64,000 nt of DNA from Candidatus Egerieisoma sp. (GTDB lineage: Bacteria > Bacteroidota > Bacteroidia > Bacteroidales > UBA932), in the NCBI GenBank assembly GCA_045588775.1, contig JAZNEW010000061.1:31884-95883 (forward strand), read 5' to 3'. The number at the start of each line of letters is the position of its first letter. Position 1 is the stretch's first letter. The translations under genes were made by a program, and so were the position numbers. The notes beneath the pieces are model-generated. The model had not been told where the DNA came from, ran no database searches, and saw only the letters and a list, made by a program, of their open reading frames with translations. This document shows, piece after piece, positions 11,273 to 21,647 of this stretch.

Positions 11273-11465
11273 TGGAACATATATGGAAAAGATGAGTTAT
11301 GTGGAGGCCGTAGCCCGGCTGGAGGATATTGTTGCAAAGATGGAAGATCCTGAACTGGATATTGCAGCAGTAAAAGGGCTGATGGAAAAAGGCAAGGAGC
11401 TGATAGCTTTTTGCAGAAAAGAACTGGAAGGATACGAAGAAGAATTTAAAAATATACAATTATGA
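11244..11465 (+). CDS. xseB: Exodeoxyribonuclease VII small subunit
   Basis: 'SYVEAVARLEDIVAKMEDPELDI' is typical of XseB. An alternative start at ATG 11283 would avoid the 29-nt overlap with xseA. Confidence 0.75.
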   Translation: MKKLKMLENSGTYMEKMSYVEAVARLEDIVAKMEDPELDIAAVKGLMEKGKELIAFCRKELEGYEEEFKNIQL

Positions 11466-13438
11466 TTTTTGATAATGACGCTTATCTGGAACCTTTTAAA
11501 AAGCAGATAACCGACAGATATGCCAGGCTTGTCATAAGAAGGAACGAACTTGCCGGGTATGGTAAGAAATTGAAAGATTCCATCAATAACCATTTGTATT
11601 ATGGAGTTCACAAGGAGGGTGATTGCTGGGCATTCAGGGAGTATGCTCCAAACGCTGTGGAGATATTTGTTATAGGAGATTTCAATAACTGGAAGTGTGT
11701 GCCGGAGTTTGCCATGAAGCATATAGGAGGAGGAAATTGGGAGCTGAAAGTGCCTTTGGAGGCAGTTTCTCATGGCGATCTGTTCAAATGGTTTGTGAAA
11801 TGGAATGGAGGAGAGGGGGAGCGATTGCCGGTATATGCAACACGATGTGTTCAGGATAAGAAGACATATTTGTTTGCCGCTCAGGTCTGGATGCCTGAAA
11901 AACCTTATGAGTGGAAGCATCCGTTTGCAAAGAAAGTGGACAATCCTCTCATTTACGAAACTCATATAGGAATGGCAGGCGAAGAGCTTGCAGTGGCCTC
12001 ATTCCGCAATTTTACAAAGAATGTACTGCCTCATGTGGCTGATATGGGGTACAATACATTGCAGATAATGGCTCTTCAGGAGCATCCATATTATGGCTCG
12101 TTCGGTTATCAGGTCTCAAATTTCTTTGCCCTCAGTTCGCGTTTTGGAACACCGGAGGAGTTTAAGGAGCTGGTTGATACAGCCCACTCATACGGGATTG
12201 CTGTGATTATGGATATTGTCCATTCTCATGCAGTCAAGAATGAACTGGAGGGTATAGGCAATATAGACGGCTCCGGAGGATTCCCATATTTCCACTTTGG
12301 AGAAAAGGGTGATCATCCTGCATGGGGAACGCGCTGCTTCAATTATGGAAGGGATGAGACTCTACAATTCCTTTTGGCCAACTGCAAATTCTGGATGGAA
12401 GAGTATAATCTCGACGGATTCAGGTTCGACGGCATAACAAGTATGCTCTACTGGGATCACGGACTTGGCAAATGCTTTACATCCTACGAAGATTATTTCA
12501 GCGGCAATACCGATGAAGATGCCCTTACATATCTTGGACTGGCAAATATGCTGGTTAAAGAGATCAAGCCAACTGCATTTACCATTGCAGAGGATATGAG
12601 TGGAATGCCGGGGCTCGCAGCGCCTGTGAAGGATTACGGAACCGGTTTCGACTACCGTATGAGCATGGGAGTGGCAGATCATTGGATAAAATGGATCAAG
12701 GAGCTGAGTGATGAGCAGTGGAATGTGTGCAATATGTGGTATGAGCTTACCAACAAGCGGGCCGATGAAAAGACTATCAGCTATGCGGAGTGTCATGATC
12801 AGGCGATGGTTGGCGATAAAACCATAATATTCAGACTGATGGATAAGCAGATGTATTTCTCCATGAATTGCGGTTCCCAAAATTTGATAGTTGATAGGGG
12901 AATAGCTCTTCATAAAATGATAAGGTTGCTTACCATTGCCACTTCGGGCAACGGTTATCTCACATTCATGGGTAATGAGTTCGGGCATCCGGAGTGGATC
13001 GATTTTCCGAGAGAGGGGAATGAGTGGTCTTACCAATATGCAAGACGGCAGTGGTCATTGAGCGAAAGTCCGTTTCTCAGATATGGCGCTCTGATGAATT
13101 TTGAGAGAGAGATGATAGGGCTCTTCAAAAAGAAGAAAATCCTCTCAAAAGATCCGGTTTCGGTATATAATGATGAGCAGAAACAGATATTGGTGATGAA
13201 GCGTAACGGTTATCTGTTTGTTTTCAATTTCAGCCCTACAAACTCCTACAATGATTATCTTGTCAGTGCGGATCCGGGAAAATACCGTATTGTTCTGGAT
13301 ACTGACTGGAAAGAGTTTGACGGTTTTGAGAGGAACAGCAGGAGAGTTTCCCATTTCACCAGCCTTACAGAAAAAGGGAATATGTTGTCGCTCTATCTTC
13401 CGTCGCGGAGTGCATTTGTTCTTAGATATTTAAAATAG
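11462..13438 (+). CDS. glgB: 1,4-alpha-glucan branching enzyme (GH13)
   Basis: 'GIAVIMDIVHSH', 'DGFRFDGITSM', 'TIAEDMSG', 'YAECHDQ'. ATGA overlap with the xseB stop. Confidence 0.85.
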   Translation: MIFDNDAYLEPFKKQITDRYARLVIRRNELAGYGKKLKDSINNHLYYGVHKEGDCWAFREYAPNAVEIFVIGDFNNWKCVPEFAMKHIGGGNWELKVPLEAVSHGDLFKWFVKWNGGEGERLPVYATRCVQDKKTYLFAAQVWMPEKPYEWKHPFAKKVDNPLIYETHIGMAGEELAVASFRNFTKNVLPHVADMGYNTLQIMALQEHPYYGSFGYQVSNFFALSSRFGTPEEFKELVDTAHSYGIAVIMDIVHSHAVKNELEGIGNIDGSGGFPYFHFGEKGDHPAWGTRCFNYGRDETLQFLLANCKFWMEEYNLDGFRFDGITSMLYWDHGLGKCFTSYEDYFSGNTDEDALTYLGLANMLVKEIKPTAFTIAEDMSGMPGLAAPVKDYGTGFDYRMSMGVADHWIKWIKELSDEQWNVCNMWYELTNKRADEKTISYAECHDQAMVGDKTIIFRLMDKQMYFSMNCGSQNLIVDRGIALHKMIRLLTIATSGNGYLTFMGNEFGHPEWIDFPREGNEWSYQYARRQWSLSESPFLRYGALMNFEREMIGLFKKKKILSKDPVSVYNDEQKQILVMKRNGYLFVFNFSPTNSYNDYLVSADPGKYRIVLDTDWKEFDGFERNSRRVSHFTSLTEKGNMLSLYLPSRSAFVLRYLK

Positions 13439-13458
13439 TTTTATTTGTAAAAATAGAT

Positions 13459-13466
13459 TATCTTTG
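13459..13466 (+). promoter_or_regulatory. -7 promoter box TATCTTTG
   Basis: Perfect TAnnTTTG, 24 nt upstream of the ATG at 13490. Confidence 0.4.
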
Positions 13467-13489
13467 CACCGTCAAAAAAATATAGAATA

Positions 13490-15418
13490 ATGGCTTATTT
13501 GGAATTTAATAAAGAGGAGCTTGTAAATCTTGAATATTCGTTGGAGAGAGAGATTCTTTTGACAAACAGGGCCGGCGGTTATATCAATACCACTATAGTG
13601 GGCTGCAATACCCGCAAATATCACGGTCTTCTGGTTGTGCCAATCGAAAACTTCAATAATGAAAGGCATATTCTGCTTTCAACTCTGCACGAATCGTTAG
13701 TACAGCACGGACAGGTATTCAATTTGGGAATCAGTTCATACGGCAAAGTGTATGAACCGAGAGGTCACAAGTATATTGTAGATTTTGAAATGGACTATGC
13801 TTCCACCATAACTTACAGAGTTGGTGGAATGATTTTCAGCAAAACCATAATGTTTGTAAGGGAGACAGAGGAGGTGCTTGTGAAGTATACATTACTTGAT
13901 GCTCACTCTGAGACAACTCTCCGCATAAAGCCATTTTTGGCATTCAGAAATATACATGCGCTTACATATGCAAATACTGATGCCAATACAAAATATACAG
14001 AGGTGAATAATGGTGTGGCATTCAAACTGTATGAGGGCTTTCCAACCCTTTACCTGCAGTTGAACAGATCCGGCGAGTGGGTAGCCAATCCTGATTGGTA
14101 CAAGAATATAACTTATAAAGAGGAGAGCCGTAGAGGATTTGCAGATAAAGAGGATCTTTTTGTTCCAGGATATTTTGAAATTCCAATAAAGAAGGGAGAG
14201 AGTATAATACTTTCCGCTTCGACATCAGAGATCAAGCCGCGCGGTTTGAAGACAAGATTTGCAGATGAAGTTGCAAAGAGGGTTGACAATTCAAGAAACA
14301 GTTATGAGGATTGTCTGAAACTTGCAGGACAGCAGTGTGTGCTTAAACAGAACAACAAATATAGTGTGAATGCCGGTTATACTTGGGATTATGAGGATTT
14401 GAGGTACTCCCTTATTGCAATTCCGGGCCTGACACTATACAACGATGGTGATACAAAACATTTTGAGGCTGTTCTGGAGAATCTTCTTACAGAAAAGAGA
14501 GCGCGTTTGTTCAAGGCCGGCAATGAGCCTGATCTTCCTTTGTGGTTGTTCAGAACTTTGCAGCAGTATATAGAGTATGGGGCAAAGCCGGAGTATGTGT
14601 GGAAAAAGTATGGCAAGGATTTGTCGGCACTGCTTGATACCTATACAGATGGTACCAGAAACGAAGTTGTCCTTCATGAAAACGGACTTTTGTGGTGTCA
14701 GAAACCGGGTGTGGCACTCTCTTGGATGAATGTTTGCAGCAATGGCGCTCCTGTTACAGAGCGTTACGGATATCAGGTTGAGACAAATGCTTTGTGGTAC
14801 AATGCACTGTGCTTTGCTGTTGAGATGGATGAGAAGTATGGCAAAGGTGCTTTGAGAAAGAAATGGGATAGAGTAATCAACTCTATAAAAGTCAATTATA
14901 TCAACTATTTCTGGGTGGAGGAAAGAGGTCATCTTGCCGATTTCTACAACGAAAACGGAAAGAATATATTTACCCGTCCCAACCAGTTGATAGCGGCTGC
15001 CGTAGAGTACTCTCCAATTGATGACATTACCAAGATGGAGGTGCTTAAAGCTGTTAGAAAAGAGCTGCTTACAGTTAGAGGTATCAGAACATTATCTCCT
15101 AAAAACCCGATATACAAAGGCGTTTATGAGGGTGATCAGGTTGCAAGAGACCATGCGCACCATAATGGTTGTGCCTTCCCTTGGCTGTTGGGCCCGTATG
15201 TTGAGGCAACTGTAAAATTGTTGGGCAAATCAGCAGTGAAGAAGGCAAAAGAGCTGTTCAATGCCTTTGAGGAGGATATCAATATTCATGGAATAGGCTC
15301 CATTGCAGAACTTTACGATGGAAACCCTTCGCACAAGCCACACGGTTGTATATCTTCATCAGTGAGTGTTGCTGAAGTTATTAGAGGAAAATATTTGTTA
15401 AATAAAATAAAGAAATAA
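13490..15418 (+). CDS. Glycogen debranching enzyme-like protein (amylo-alpha-1,6-glucosidase family)
   Basis: 642 aa with 'NTRKYHGLL' near the N-terminus and a C-terminal (alpha/alpha)6-type region 'AFPWLLGPYVEA...GSIAELYDG'. Lies inside the glucan cluster. Confidence 0.8.
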   Translation: MAYLEFNKEELVNLEYSLEREILLTNRAGGYINTTIVGCNTRKYHGLLVVPIENFNNERHILLSTLHESLVQHGQVFNLGISSYGKVYEPRGHKYIVDFEMDYASTITYRVGGMIFSKTIMFVRETEEVLVKYTLLDAHSETTLRIKPFLAFRNIHALTYANTDANTKYTEVNNGVAFKLYEGFPTLYLQLNRSGEWVANPDWYKNITYKEESRRGFADKEDLFVPGYFEIPIKKGESIILSASTSEIKPRGLKTRFADEVAKRVDNSRNSYEDCLKLAGQQCVLKQNNKYSVNAGYTWDYEDLRYSLIAIPGLTLYNDGDTKHFEAVLENLLTEKRARLFKAGNEPDLPLWLFRTLQQYIEYGAKPEYVWKKYGKDLSALLDTYTDGTRNEVVLHENGLLWCQKPGVALSWMNVCSNGAPVTERYGYQVETNALWYNALCFAVEMDEKYGKGALRKKWDRVINSIKVNYINYFWVEERGHLADFYNENGKNIFTRPNQLIAAAVEYSPIDDITKMEVLKAVRKELLTVRGIRTLSPKNPIYKGVYEGDQVARDHAHHNGCAFPWLLGPYVEATVKLLGKSAVKKAKELFNAFEEDINIHGIGSIAELYDGNPSHKPHGCISSSVSVAEVIRGKYLLNKIKK

Positions 15419-15420
15419 CA

Positions 15421-16713
15421 ATGAGAGTTTTAATGTTCGGGTGGGAGTTTCCTCCTCATATTGCCGGAGGTTTGGGAACTGCTTGTTACGGTCTTACGAA
15501 GGGATTGGCCAAGCATGATGTTGACATATTGTTTGTGATGCCGTCTGCATCTGGCGATGAGGACCAGTCTGCTGTAAAAATCGTAAATGCAAGTGATGTG
15601 CCTTTTACTCAGACATGGAGCGATATGCAGTCATTTCTCAATAAAGTTGATTTCTTGAAGGTGTCATCGAATCTGGTACCTTATATCGATCCACAACTTT
15701 ATACAGAGTATGCCGGTTCTAAGATAGAAAAATCGGAGTATGAGCAGTTTAAAATAAAATACGGAAGCAAATACAAATTCTCAGGCAAATATGGTACAAA
15801 TTTGATGGAGGAGGTTGCGAGCTACGCAATGGTGGCTGCAACAATCGCTTCCGAGAATCAGTTTGATGTAATACATGCTCACGACTGGCTTACATACGCT
15901 GCCGGTATTGCCGCAAAACGTATATCCGGAAAACCTCTTGTGATACATGTTCATGCAACTTCATTCGACAGGGGAAGTGCCGACAATATCGATACCCGCG
16001 TATATGAGATCGAGCGCATGGGTATGTTGGCTGCAGATAAGGTTATAACAGTAAGTAATCTTACAAGAAATATAGTAATCAATAAATACGGAATAGATCC
16101 AAGTAAGGTCATAACAGTTCACAATGCTGTGGATTTCAACGAGTTCAAACAGGTTGATGTAAAGAGGGGTGTTGATGACAAGATTGTTACATTCTTGGGT
16201 CGTATTACATTCCAGAAGGGTCCGGAGTACTTTATAGAGGCGGCTGCAAAAGTGTTGAAACGCTATCCTAAAGCCCGCTTTGTAATGGCCGGTAACGGAG
16301 ATCTTATGAACCGTTCGATAAGGCGTGTGGCAAAATTGGGTATTGCAGACCGTTTCCATTTTACAGGCTTCTTAAGGGGTGCAGATGTGAAAAAGATGTT
16401 TGCCTATTCGGATGTGTATGTAATGCCTTCCGTTTCCGAGCCGTTTGGTATTTCTCCATTGGAGGCAATGAAATCGAATGTGCCTACCATAATATCAAAA
16501 CAGTCGGGTGTGGCTGAGGTTTTGAAATATGCCATAAAGGTTGATTTCTGGGATATAGATGCCATGGCTGATGCCATGTACGGTTTGTTGGCTTATCCTG
16601 CACTATCGCAGATGAGCATGAGATGCGGTGTTGAGGAGGTAAATGAATTGAAATGGGAGAATGCTGCATTAAAAATTAAAGATGTTTACTCGATGGCAAT
16701 TGCAGGCGAGTAA
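15421..16713 (+). CDS. Glycosyltransferase family 4-like alpha-glucan (glycogen) synthase candidate
   Basis: 'MRVLMFGWEFPPHIAGGLGTA', 'HAHDWLT', C-terminal 'PSVSEPFGISPLEAM' (EX7E). Confidence 0.8.
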   Translation: MRVLMFGWEFPPHIAGGLGTACYGLTKGLAKHDVDILFVMPSASGDEDQSAVKIVNASDVPFTQTWSDMQSFLNKVDFLKVSSNLVPYIDPQLYTEYAGSKIEKSEYEQFKIKYGSKYKFSGKYGTNLMEEVASYAMVAATIASENQFDVIHAHDWLTYAAGIAAKRISGKPLVIHVHATSFDRGSADNIDTRVYEIERMGMLAADKVITVSNLTRNIVINKYGIDPSKVITVHNAVDFNEFKQVDVKRGVDDKIVTFLGRITFQKGPEYFIEAAAKVLKRYPKARFVMAGNGDLMNRSIRRVAKLGIADRFHFTGFLRGADVKKMFAYSDVYVMPSVSEPFGISPLEAMKSNVPTIISKQSGVAEVLKYAIKVDFWDIDAMADAMYGLLAYPALSQMSMRCGVEEVNELKWENAALKIKDVYSMAIAGE

Positions 16714-16743
16714 TTTTAAACAGATAAAAAATAGATAAAAGAT

Positions 16744-17979
16744 ATGGACAAGTCATTATGTTTTTATTTCCAGGTGCATCAGCCGGACAGATTGAGATTA
16801 TACCGTTTTTTTGATATTGGAAATGATTCCCAATATTTTGATGATTTTGCAAACAGAACAATTCTGAGAAGAGTTGCCGACAGATGTTATCTGCCTATGA
16901 ATGCGATAATTCTTGAGTTGATCAACAAACATAAAGGGGAGTTTAAAGTAGCCTATTCAATTTCGGGTGTTGCTTTGGAGCAGTTCGAAAAGTATGCGCC
17001 GGAAGTGCTTGAGAGTTTCAAGAGATTGGCAGATACAAAATGTGTGGAGTTCCTTGCCGAAACCTACTCGCACAGTCTGGCATCCCTGATTTCCGAGAAA
17101 GAGTTCAAAGCTCAGGTTAAAGAGCATGCTGCTGCAATCAAGAGACATTTTGGTGTAACTCCAAAAGCATTCAGAAACACAGAGCTTATCTATTCAGATG
17201 AGATAGGTGCAACTGTAGCTGATATGGGTTACAATGTAATGCTTACAGAGGGCGCAAAACATATTCTGGGATGGAAGAGTCCTAACTATGTTTATACAAA
17301 TGCAATCAATCCAAAATTGAAACTGATGTTGAAAAACTTCAATTTGAGTGATGATATTGCATTCCGTTTCTCAGACAGAAGCAATCCTAACTGGCCGCTT
17401 ACAAGTGAGAAATATGCGCAATGGCTGAATGAGGCAGGCAAGAATGATGAGGTTATCAACCTCTTTATGGATTATGAGACATTTGGTGAGCACCAGAGAC
17501 AATCTACAGGAATATTTGAGTTTATGAGAGCGTTGCCGGGAGCAGTGCTTGCAAATACAAATCTCAAGTTCCGCACACCTTCAGAGGTTGTAAAAGAGCA
17601 TCAGCCTGTAGCACCTCTGCATGTTCCGTTTGCAATTTCCTGGGCAGACGAGGAGCGTGATACAAGTGCGTGGATCGGAAATGAATTGCAGAATGAGGCT
17701 TTCCACAAATTGTATGAAATGGAGAAATCTGTAATGGCTACAAAAGATGAGTCACTGATAGCTGATTTCAGAAAATTGCAGGAGAGCGACCATTTTTATT
17801 ATATGTGTACCAAATTCTTCTCAGATGGTGCGGTGCATAAATATTTTAACCCTTATGATACTCCGTATGAGGCATTCATCAATTATATGAATGCATTGAG
17901 CGATTTTCAGTTGAGGGTTGCCAAAGTTGCAGCAAAACCGGCAAAAAGTGCTGCAAAATCTAAAAAGGTATCGAAATAA
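16744..17979 (+). CDS. Glycoside hydrolase family 57 alpha-amylase-like protein
   Basis: 'FYFQVHQPDRL', 'MDYETFGEH'. Ends in a Lys/Ala-rich tail 'AKVAAKPAKSAAKSKKVSK'. Confidence 0.85.
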   Translation: MDKSLCFYFQVHQPDRLRLYRFFDIGNDSQYFDDFANRTILRRVADRCYLPMNAIILELINKHKGEFKVAYSISGVALEQFEKYAPEVLESFKRLADTKCVEFLAETYSHSLASLISEKEFKAQVKEHAAAIKRHFGVTPKAFRNTELIYSDEIGATVADMGYNVMLTEGAKHILGWKSPNYVYTNAINPKLKLMLKNFNLSDDIAFRFSDRSNPNWPLTSEKYAQWLNEAGKNDEVINLFMDYETFGEHQRQSTGIFEFMRALPGAVLANTNLKFRTPSEVVKEHQPVAPLHVPFAISWADEERDTSAWIGNELQNEAFHKLYEMEKSVMATKDESLIADFRKLQESDHFYYMCTKFFSDGAVHKYFNPYDTPYEAFINYMNALSDFQLRVAKVAAKPAKSAAKSKKVSK

Positions 17980-18027
17980 GAAAATTATATAAAGACCTGT
18001 AAAACAGGCGCTGCCGAATAAAAAGGG

Positions 18028-18070
18028 AGAGGGTGGATCCAAATTGCAGTTTGGGTTGCCCTCTTTATAA
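18028..18070 (+). terminator. Imperfect hairpin after the GH57 gene (possible intrinsic terminator or attenuator)
   Basis: AGAGGG (18028-18033) pairs with CCCTCT (18059-18064). An inner CCAAA/TTTGG stem is followed by TTTAT. Confidence 0.4.
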
Positions 18071-18115
18071 GTGATAATGGTAGCAGACACAAACTAATTA
18101 TATTGATAAATTTAT

Positions 18116-20743
18116 ATGAAATCATTGGAAAGAGAGTTAGCAGGAAATGGAGCATTTCCGGAGTTTAAGGAAGAGGCGTTTCAAAGTTACAGCAAATATA
18201 GGGTGAATAATCCTACATGGCGTAACATGTTGATTAATAAGAAACTCCCGGAGAGATTGAAAGCATTGGATGAATTGTCAAAAAATCTCTGGTGGTGTTG
18301 GAATCAGAATGCGATAGAGTTGTTCCAAATGGCCGATGAAGAGTTGTGGACTCTGGCCAACGGAAATCCTATAGCGATGTTGGATATGATAGATCTCAAC
18401 AGATATAACCAGTTGGAGAAAGACAAGAGATTCCTTGGCAAACTTGATGAGGTTTATGCGGATTTCCAGAAATATATGGCGCAAAAGGCGGAGGCAAAGG
18501 GGCCTAATATCTCATATTTCTGTATGGAGTATGGTCTTGACACCTCTTTGAAGATTTACTCAGGCGGTTTGGGAATTCTTGCAGGTGATTATTTGAAGGA
18601 GGCGAGTGATATGAATGTGAAGATGACAGCTGTAGGATTCCTGTATAAATATGGATATTTTACACAAAAATTGTCGGGACAAGGTGATCAGGTGGCAAAT
18701 TATGATCCTCAGGATTTCTCAAAAACACCTGCTGTTCCTGTATTGGATGACAAGGGTAACTGGATGACAATAGCAGTTGCATTCCCAGGAAGAACACTTT
18801 TTGCAAGAGTTTGGAAGGTTGAAGTAGGTAGAATTAATCTCTATTTGCTCGATACCGATATTGATGAGAACTTGCAGGAGGATAGAGGCATTACCCATCA
18901 GCTATATGGCGGTGATTGGGAGAACAGATTGAAACAGGAGTTGCTGCTTGGTGTAGGCGGTATCCGCGCATTGAGAAAATTGGGTGTTCATTCAGAAGTT
19001 TACCATTGCAATGAGGGTCATGCCGCATTTATCGGACTCGAAAGATTGAGAGAGTATGTTCAGGAGAAAAACCTTTCATTTGCAGAGGCTTTGGAGGTAG
19101 TAAGAGCATCTTCACTCTTTACAACCCATACTCCTGTTCCTGCAGGTCATGATGCTTTTGCAGAGGATATGTTGAGAAAATATATATCACACTATCCTGA
19201 AAGATTGAAAATCGATTGGCATACACTTATGTCTTTGGGTATGATCGACCCATATAATCCTAACGACAAATTCTCAATGAGCAATCTTGCTGCCAATTTG
19301 AGTCAGGAGGTTAATGGTGTGAGCTGGTTGCATGGAAAGGTAAGCCAGGATATTCTTGCCAATTTGTGGCCGGGTTATTTGCCTGAAGAGCTGCATGTGG
19401 ATTATGTTACAAATGGTGTCCACTATCCTACATGGACTGCTCCTGAGTGGAAAGAGCTTCATGCAAAGGTGTTTGGAGAGGAGTTTGCGAGCCACAATTA
19501 CGACAAGAGCTGTTTTGCAGGAATCCGTAAGGTGAGCAATGAGGAGATCTGGAAAATCAGATGTGGTCTGAAGACAAAACTGATTAACAAGATCAAGTCA
19601 TATCTCTCTGATCCTGCAATAGCAAACCACTATTCTCCACACCATATTGTCGAGATCAAGAATACTTTGAGAGATGATATTCTGACAGTGGGATTTGCAA
19701 GACGTTTTGCAACATACAAACGTGCGCATCTGCTCTTCAGGGATCTCGATACTCTGAATGAGATCATAAACAATCCGGAGCGTCCTATCCAGTTTATATT
19801 TGCAGGAAAGGCTCACCCTGCAGACAAGGCAGGTCAGGATCTGATCAAACGTATTGTGGAGATATCGAAGATGCCTCAATTTATCGGTAAAATAGTATTT
19901 GTTCCTAACTACGACATTACACTGGCAAAATATCTTGTTCAGGGTGTCGATATCTGGATGAATACCCCTACAAGACCATTGGAGGCTTCTGGAACCAGTG
20001 GAGAAAAGGCTGTGATGAATGGTGTGATGCACTTCTCTGTACTCGACGGATGGTGGGTAGAGGGATACAAGGAGGGTGCCGGCTGGGCTCTTCAGATGGA
20101 GCGTACATACCAGGATCAGAACTTCCAGGATGAGTTGGATGCTGCAACTATCTACCATATTTTTGAATCGGATATTGCTCCTAAATATTACGACAAGAAT
20201 TCAAAAGGAATCTCAAGTTCATGGATTGAAACAATCAAGAATTGCGTAGCTGAGGTGGCATGTGATTTCACAACCAACAGAATGATGAATGATTACTTCA
20301 ACAAGTTCTACAATCCGTTGGCTGCCCGCTATAACAAATTGATTGAGAATGATTATTCTGTGGCGAAAACAATTGCCTGCTGGAAAAAGGGAATGAGAAG
20401 AGAGTGGTCTAAAGTTGAAATATTGGACAATTCAACTCTTGGCAACGGCTCATTGATGTTGGGCGATTCGTCTCAGGCAATTCTGAAATTGTATATAGGA
20501 AATGATATTGAGCCGGAGGATATTGGAGTTGAAATATTGATGGCTGAGTATAATAACAAAGGCAGATTGTGTATAAAAGAGGTATTCCCTTATACATTCA
20601 AGGAGTACGCAGATGGTGTAGCCACTTATGTATGCAATATGGTACCGGATAAGACCGGAGCATATCAGATTGCAGGCAGAATCTACGCTAAAAACCCTCT
20701 TCTGCCTCACAGACAGGATTTTGAATTGGTAAAATGGTTGTAG
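18116..20743 (+). CDS. glgP: Alpha-glucan phosphorylase (GT35)
   Basis: 875 aa with 'YFCMEYGL', 'GGLGILAGD', 'NGVHYPTW', 'EASGTSGEKAVMNG' (PLP-Lys region). Confidence 0.9.
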   Translation: MKSLERELAGNGAFPEFKEEAFQSYSKYRVNNPTWRNMLINKKLPERLKALDELSKNLWWCWNQNAIELFQMADEELWTLANGNPIAMLDMIDLNRYNQLEKDKRFLGKLDEVYADFQKYMAQKAEAKGPNISYFCMEYGLDTSLKIYSGGLGILAGDYLKEASDMNVKMTAVGFLYKYGYFTQKLSGQGDQVANYDPQDFSKTPAVPVLDDKGNWMTIAVAFPGRTLFARVWKVEVGRINLYLLDTDIDENLQEDRGITHQLYGGDWENRLKQELLLGVGGIRALRKLGVHSEVYHCNEGHAAFIGLERLREYVQEKNLSFAEALEVVRASSLFTTHTPVPAGHDAFAEDMLRKYISHYPERLKIDWHTLMSLGMIDPYNPNDKFSMSNLAANLSQEVNGVSWLHGKVSQDILANLWPGYLPEELHVDYVTNGVHYPTWTAPEWKELHAKVFGEEFASHNYDKSCFAGIRKVSNEEIWKIRCGLKTKLINKIKSYLSDPAIANHYSPHHIVEIKNTLRDDILTVGFARRFATYKRAHLLFRDLDTLNEIINNPERPIQFIFAGKAHPADKAGQDLIKRIVEISKMPQFIGKIVFVPNYDITLAKYLVQGVDIWMNTPTRPLEASGTSGEKAVMNGVMHFSVLDGWWVEGYKEGAGWALQMERTYQDQNFQDELDAATIYHIFESDIAPKYYDKNSKGISSSWIETIKNCVAEVACDFTTNRMMNDYFNKFYNPLAARYNKLIENDYSVAKTIACWKKGMRREWSKVEILDNSTLGNGSLMLGDSSQAILKLYIGNDIEPEDIGVEILMAEYNNKGRLCIKEVFPYTFKEYADGVATYVCNMVPDKTGAYQIAGRIYAKNPLLPHRQDFELVKWL

Positions 20744-21630
20744 CAGCTACAGGCTTTTTTGATGGTGTGCATCTTGGACACCGTAAGGTTTTGGGCTCGT
20801 TGTGTGAGATAGCTCGCAATGAGGGCAAAAGGAGTGCTGTAATCTCCTTTTGGCCTCATCCGCGCAGCGTATTGCAACAGGAGGCTTATAACTTGAGATT
20901 GCTGAATACTCTTGAGGAGAAAGAGTGCCTGCTGAAGGAGATTGGAATTGATGAGTTTATAAATATTCCGTTTACAAAAGAGTTCAGCAGACTCTCCACA
21001 AAGGAGTTCATGCAAAAATACCTTATAGAGAAGTATAATGTATCGGTACTTGTTATAGGATATGACCATAGATTGGGAAACAATATCTCGGAATCACAGC
21101 AGCAGATGATAAATACTGCCGAGTCTTTGGGATTGAGGGTGATAAGGGTTAGCGAGTTCCTGATAGATGACAATATAATAAGTTCAACAAAAATAAGGAG
21201 GCTTCTGCAGCATACAGATGTGGAGGAGGCCGCAAGATTTTTGGGATACAATTATTTTATAAAGGGAGTTGTTGTTTCGGGTAACAGGATAGGCCGCACT
21301 ATAGGTTTTCCTACTGCAAATATGAAATTGTACAATCCATTGAAGGAGGTGCCTGGAAATGGCGTATATGCAGTTTATGTAAATGTTTTGGGAAAACGCT
21401 ATATCGGCACCACAAATATCGGTACAAGACCAACTGTGGGCAATGGCAATGAGACCACTATCGAGACATACATATTGGATTTTGATGAAGATATATATGG
21501 TCTTGATATCTCTGTAGAATTTGTCCTGAAGATAAGGGATGAGAGAAAATTTGCCTCATTGGATGAATTGAAGCAGGAGCTTGCCAGAAACCGTGACTTT
21601 GCCTTTGAAAAACTCTCTGCCGGATTGTAG
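20734..21630 (+). CDS. ribF: Bifunctional riboflavin kinase / FMN adenylyltransferase
   Basis: 'ATGFFDGVHLGH', 'GRTIGFPTAN', 'RDERKFASLDELK'. 10-nt overlap with the glgP end. Confidence 0.9.
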   Translation: MVVAATGFFDGVHLGHRKVLGSLCEIARNEGKRSAVISFWPHPRSVLQQEAYNLRLLNTLEEKECLLKEIGIDEFINIPFTKEFSRLSTKEFMQKYLIEKYNVSVLVIGYDHRLGNNISESQQQMINTAESLGLRVIRVSEFLIDDNIISSTKIRRLLQHTDVEEAARFLGYNYFIKGVVVSGNRIGRTIGFPTANMKLYNPLKEVPGNGVYAVYVNVLGKRYIGTTNIGTRPTVGNGNETTIETYILDFDEDIYGLDISVEFVLKIRDERKFASLDELKQELARNRDFAFEKLSAGL

Positions 21631-21647
21631 GATTCCGCAGGATCATA

